DNA of 64,000 nucleotides. Source: Octopus vulgaris. Taxonomy: Eukaryota. The position numbers and the translations under genes are program-made. Below are positions 57,598 through 64,000 of the stretch, piece after piece. The stretch's first letter is position 1; every line of letters begins with the position of its first letter. Location: NCBI GenBank assembly GCA_951406725.2, contig OX597821.1, positions 93,124,001 through 93,188,000 on the forward strand, in the 5' to 3' direction. Below the pieces are notes generated by a model. That model saw only the letters and a program-made list of their open reading frames with translations, did not search any database and was not told the origin of the DNA.

Positions 57598-57806
57598 GAA
57601 GCGGCAAACTGGCAGAATCCTTAGCACGCCGGGCGAAACACTTAGCAGTATTTCGTCTGCCGTTACGTTCTGAGTTCAAGTTCCGGTGAGATCGTCTTTG
57701 CCTTTCATCCTTTCGGGATCGATAACTTAGGTACCAATTGAGTTCTGTGATCGATGTAATCGATGTAATCAACTATCTCCTTCCCCCAAATTTCAGGCCT
57801 TGTGCC
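57597..57806 (+). mobile_element. SINE family M within (TTA)n/(TTG)n; a second head lies at 57911-57990
   Basis: gcggcaaactggcagaatcc head, gagttcaagttcc B-box, gcctttcatcctttcgggatcgataa core. Confidence 0.88.
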
Positions 57807-57989
57807 ATTATTATTGTTGTTGTTGTTGTCGTTGTTGTTCTTGTTCTTGTTGTTGCTGCTGCTGCTTCTGCTGTTGTTGTTGGTGGTGGTGTTATTGTTA
57901 TTGTTGTTGTTAAGGCGGCGAGCTGGCAAAATCGTTAGTGCCCTGGACGGAATGCTTAGTGGTATTTCGCCCGTCGCTACCTTCTGAGA

Positions 57990-58182
57990 TCAAAGTCTTT
58001 ATGGAGAAGTCCCATAAGATCCTATATTCTTATTCCCTATCACAGTTTCTGGTTTATATTCACACTACTTTCCTGTTATTCCAAAGCCGCACTTGGCTAA
58101 CATCCCAGTGCACTCACTTACGTATACAATCTTGTCTGTGCTTATACTCTTTTTGTGCTAGATTTCTGCATTCATTTGTGAG
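57990..58182 (-). mobile_element. R4/Dong fragment
   Basis: ECRNLAQKEYKHRQD...VHWD...PETV...WDFSIKT; abuts (TAA)n. Confidence 0.75.
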
Positions 58183-58239
<57 letters not shown>

Positions 58240-58242
<3 letters not shown>

Positions 58243-58727
58243 TAGTTTTATTTTTATAGCGTGCTTTCACTTCACTACCGAGCACAGCTCTGTGTGCCTT
58301 GGGTATGTGCTGTGATTTGTTGTGATGCTCTGATGGTTATTGTATGGAAAGTGTTCTGCGTAGGATGTGTGCAGTGCCTAATAGTGCAATTTTCTGTATG
58401 TTATATGTGTTTGTAAGTCCTGGTGTTTTTGTTATGTATTTGTCTGAATATTTTTTTATCATGCCTAATGCACCTACTATGATAGGAATTGTTTCTGTTT
58501 TCAGATTCCACATTCTAGTTACCTCTATTTCCAGGTCTTTGTATTTTGAGAGTTTCTCCATTTCTTTTAGAGACACGTTGTCATCAGCCGGTATTGATAC
58601 ATCAATTAGAAAGCATTTTTTTTCTTCATGATCTCTGACAACTATATCTGGTCTGTTGGCCTTAATTTCTCTATCTGTGTGTATCGGCATATCCCAGAGT
58701 ATGGTTGCTTTCTCGTTTTCTGTGACC
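58240..58727 (-). mobile_element. 5'-truncated R4/Dong element with intact endonuclease frame, flanked by (TAA)n on both sides
   Basis: ILWDMPIHTDREIKANRPDIVV...LIDVSIPAD...EKLSKYKDLEIE...IPIIVGALG...IQKIALLGTAHILRRTL*, plus a ~95-bp 3' UTR. Confidence 0.96.
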
Positions 58728-58800
<73 letters not shown>

Positions 58801-58826
58801 TACTATTATTGTTGCTGTTGTTGCTG

Positions 58827-58897
<71 letters not shown>

Positions 58898-58898
58898 G

Positions 58899-59137
58899 TC
58901 ATTTACTTTTAATCTGCATGTTTGATGCAATCACCTGCCGGGGCACACCCAGCGCCCTAGGGCAAGTGAAGGTTAAGAGTTGTTGAAATATAGCTGAAAG
59001 CTTGGGGAGGGGAAGTAGAGATATATCTCCATGTAATGCAAACACAGACATTTACATTGATAGGGTTTTTCTAAGGATGTGGGCAGTACTTGTTAGCACA
59101 ATCTTTTGGATTTCCTTGAGACATGGTTTTCCAGGGA
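58899..59137 (-). mobile_element. Very short R4/Dong 3' end flanked by (TAA)n
   Basis: IPGKPCLKEIQKIVLTSTAHILRKTLSM* plus 3' UTR. Confidence 0.85.
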
Positions 59138-59207
<70 letters not shown>

Positions 59208-59860
59208 GCCTTTGCATAGCTTCTAACGCAGGAGAGGTACTACAGTGTCAGCTGTTCACTACCAGTGAACTAAGGTAACACCTCTTATTTTTCGAGCACC
59301 TTCCAGAGTATTCAAGCAGTTCCAAGCAGTGCTGTTTTCTGCAAGTGCTCCACTCTTATTGCAGCCCCTATTTGTTCCACGTACTTTTCGAGATATTTTC
59401 TCACTGTTCCAGGGCTCCGACAATTATTGGTACTAATGCTACCTTTTTCATCGTCCACAACTGCTTAACTTCCCTGTCATATCTCTCGACTTTTCTTTCT
59501 TCCTTATCGCATACCTTGTTGTCAGCTGGGCATGTTATGTCTATAATCCAACATAGTTTGTCTTCTTTCTCAATTAAGACTATGTCCCGCTTCTTATTCT
59601 CAATCTCATGGTCGCACTATATCATAAAATACCATTGGATCTTTGCATTTCTATTTTCGACAATACCTTCAGGTTTTTGGTCGTACCAATTGTTTGCTCT
59701 GTCAAGTACATACTTGTTGCAAAGTGTCCAATGAACAAACCTGGCTATATTGTCGTGGCATCTCTTATTTTCCTTCTGGGTAAGTGGCGTACATTGGCTG
59801 GTAATATGCCATACGGTTCCACCGTTTTGTTCACTTTTATGTAGTTTGTGTATTTTATGT
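59208..59860 (-). mobile_element. R4/Dong 3' end flanked by (TAA)n
   Basis: HDNIARFVHWTLC...WYDQKPEGIVEN...CWIIDITCPAD...VPIIVGAL...LQKTALLGTA. Confidence 0.9.
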
Positions 59861-59875
59861 TATTATTATTATTAT

Positions 59876-59946
<71 letters not shown>

Positions 59947-60529
59947 TGATATCGGTTGAAAGGTGGAATACGTTAGTCAGTATTGTGGAGAAATATCACC
60001 AATTTTATAATTCATTGCCATTTATAAAAGGGAACTATTGCAGATATATGTATGTGTGTACAAGCATTCATGCATGTGTGCGCGTGTGCGCGTGAGACAC
60101 TAAGCGCATCTGTGATTGCGTGAAAAATTGCGTATCACATGCCTTCATGCAATTGTGTGAACGCGGGCAAGAAGTTGTTTTTGTGTATGTAGATATATTT
60201 TCAAGGGTTTGTGCGAGGGTCTATGTACGTACGAGTCAGATGTAAGTATCTACATGTAGAATTGAGTTTTTATGTTTAGGTATATGTGAATGCGTCTAAG
60301 TTTATGTAAATGTGTGCAAACGAGTGTATATGTGCATATGAGTTATTGTCTGTTAGTGAGACGTATTACGGCTTATATGAGAATTATTGCACGTATGTCT
60401 AACAACGTACGTGGTTTGGTGTTTGTTGCTTGTGTATATAGGTGCAACTAAAATTATCATGTAGAATTGAATTGGTATATGTTTGTATGTAGATCTTGAT
60501 TATCGAACGATGGAGATACACGCCACTAC

Positions 60530-61090
60530 TACCACTGAAATCGCCACAATATAACCCAGCATTATAATATTCGACGAAGCGGGGCCAATCTACAATGAAA
60601 TCCTGAAAGCAGTTTCAAAGAAAAATTCAAATACATAACCAAAATCACACAAATGAACCATGTTCCAAACAAAACAATGAAAAGAAACATCATCTGGTTA
60701 AACCCGCTCTTCAGTTTAAACATAGCAAGAAATGCTGCCAGCGGTTTCTTAATATTAATCATTCGCCAGCCTTCATACTCCCATACATAACGCAAGTTAG
60801 TGAGCAGGAACAAAATAAAAGTAGCAGCAGCTGCACAAGACTTATCATCCATGTCATATCAACTGCATATCTAGAAACCCATATCCAGCAATCAAAACGA
60901 AATGCCCGTTAGATGGAAATTTCCTTAAAAAAAATAATGCAATAGTATTTTAATAGAAAGAAAATTTCAAAAACTACATTGATGTAACACATGCTATATA
61001 TACAACCATATACAGACAACATATACACTCGTTTCGCAATACACACAAAACAAATCCAATAATTTTGTTGAAGTATTTTTGATATTTGTG
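60530..61090 (+). mobile_element. Decayed Naiad-type Penelope-like element (linker and GIY-YIG)
   Basis: KRNIIWLNPLFSLNI; KCPLDGNFL; NYIDVT (YIG-like); HIHSFRN. Confidence 0.75.
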
Positions 61091-61104
61091 TATGTGTGTA
61101 TGTA

Positions 61105-64000
<2,896 letters not shown>

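Noticed and set aside
58337-58930. 197-aa ORF read as a poly-Asn endonuclease fusion gene
   Set aside because: The poly-N is the (AAT)n target tract, in frame by chance with a truncated Dong element.

Overview
AT-rich, repeat-saturated animal DNA, most likely intronic or intergenic sequence from an octopus or other coleoid cephalopod. That assignment is an inference from SINE families that, from memory, resemble octopus OK/OR1/OR2. I can support no host protein-coding exon or true RNA gene, and almost every ORF in the track is a translated microsatellite. The window holds many tRNA-derived SINEs of at least four types, four mariner relics, a pogo/Tigger-type MITE and two copies of a non-autonomous Helitron. 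It also holds CR1-group, RTE and R2-group LINE relics, a same-strand cluster of R4/Dong-type elements nested in (TAA)n, and several Penelope-like element (PLE) relics. Main points for follow-up: (1) four hand-folded type I hammerhead ribozyme candidates, the best at 50675-50757; (2) a ~2.9-kb, strongly diverged 22-bp array built on an ACGTCA-N-TGACGT dyad (61105 to window end), containing a single-unit fold-back; (3) a SINE/LINE 3' stem-loop with compensatory changes; (4) mix-and-match SINE heads and tails; (5) a 50-bp target-site duplication; (6) a spacer-less inverted SINE pair. Edges of decayed relics are approximate, and all family names come from motif recognition, not database searches.
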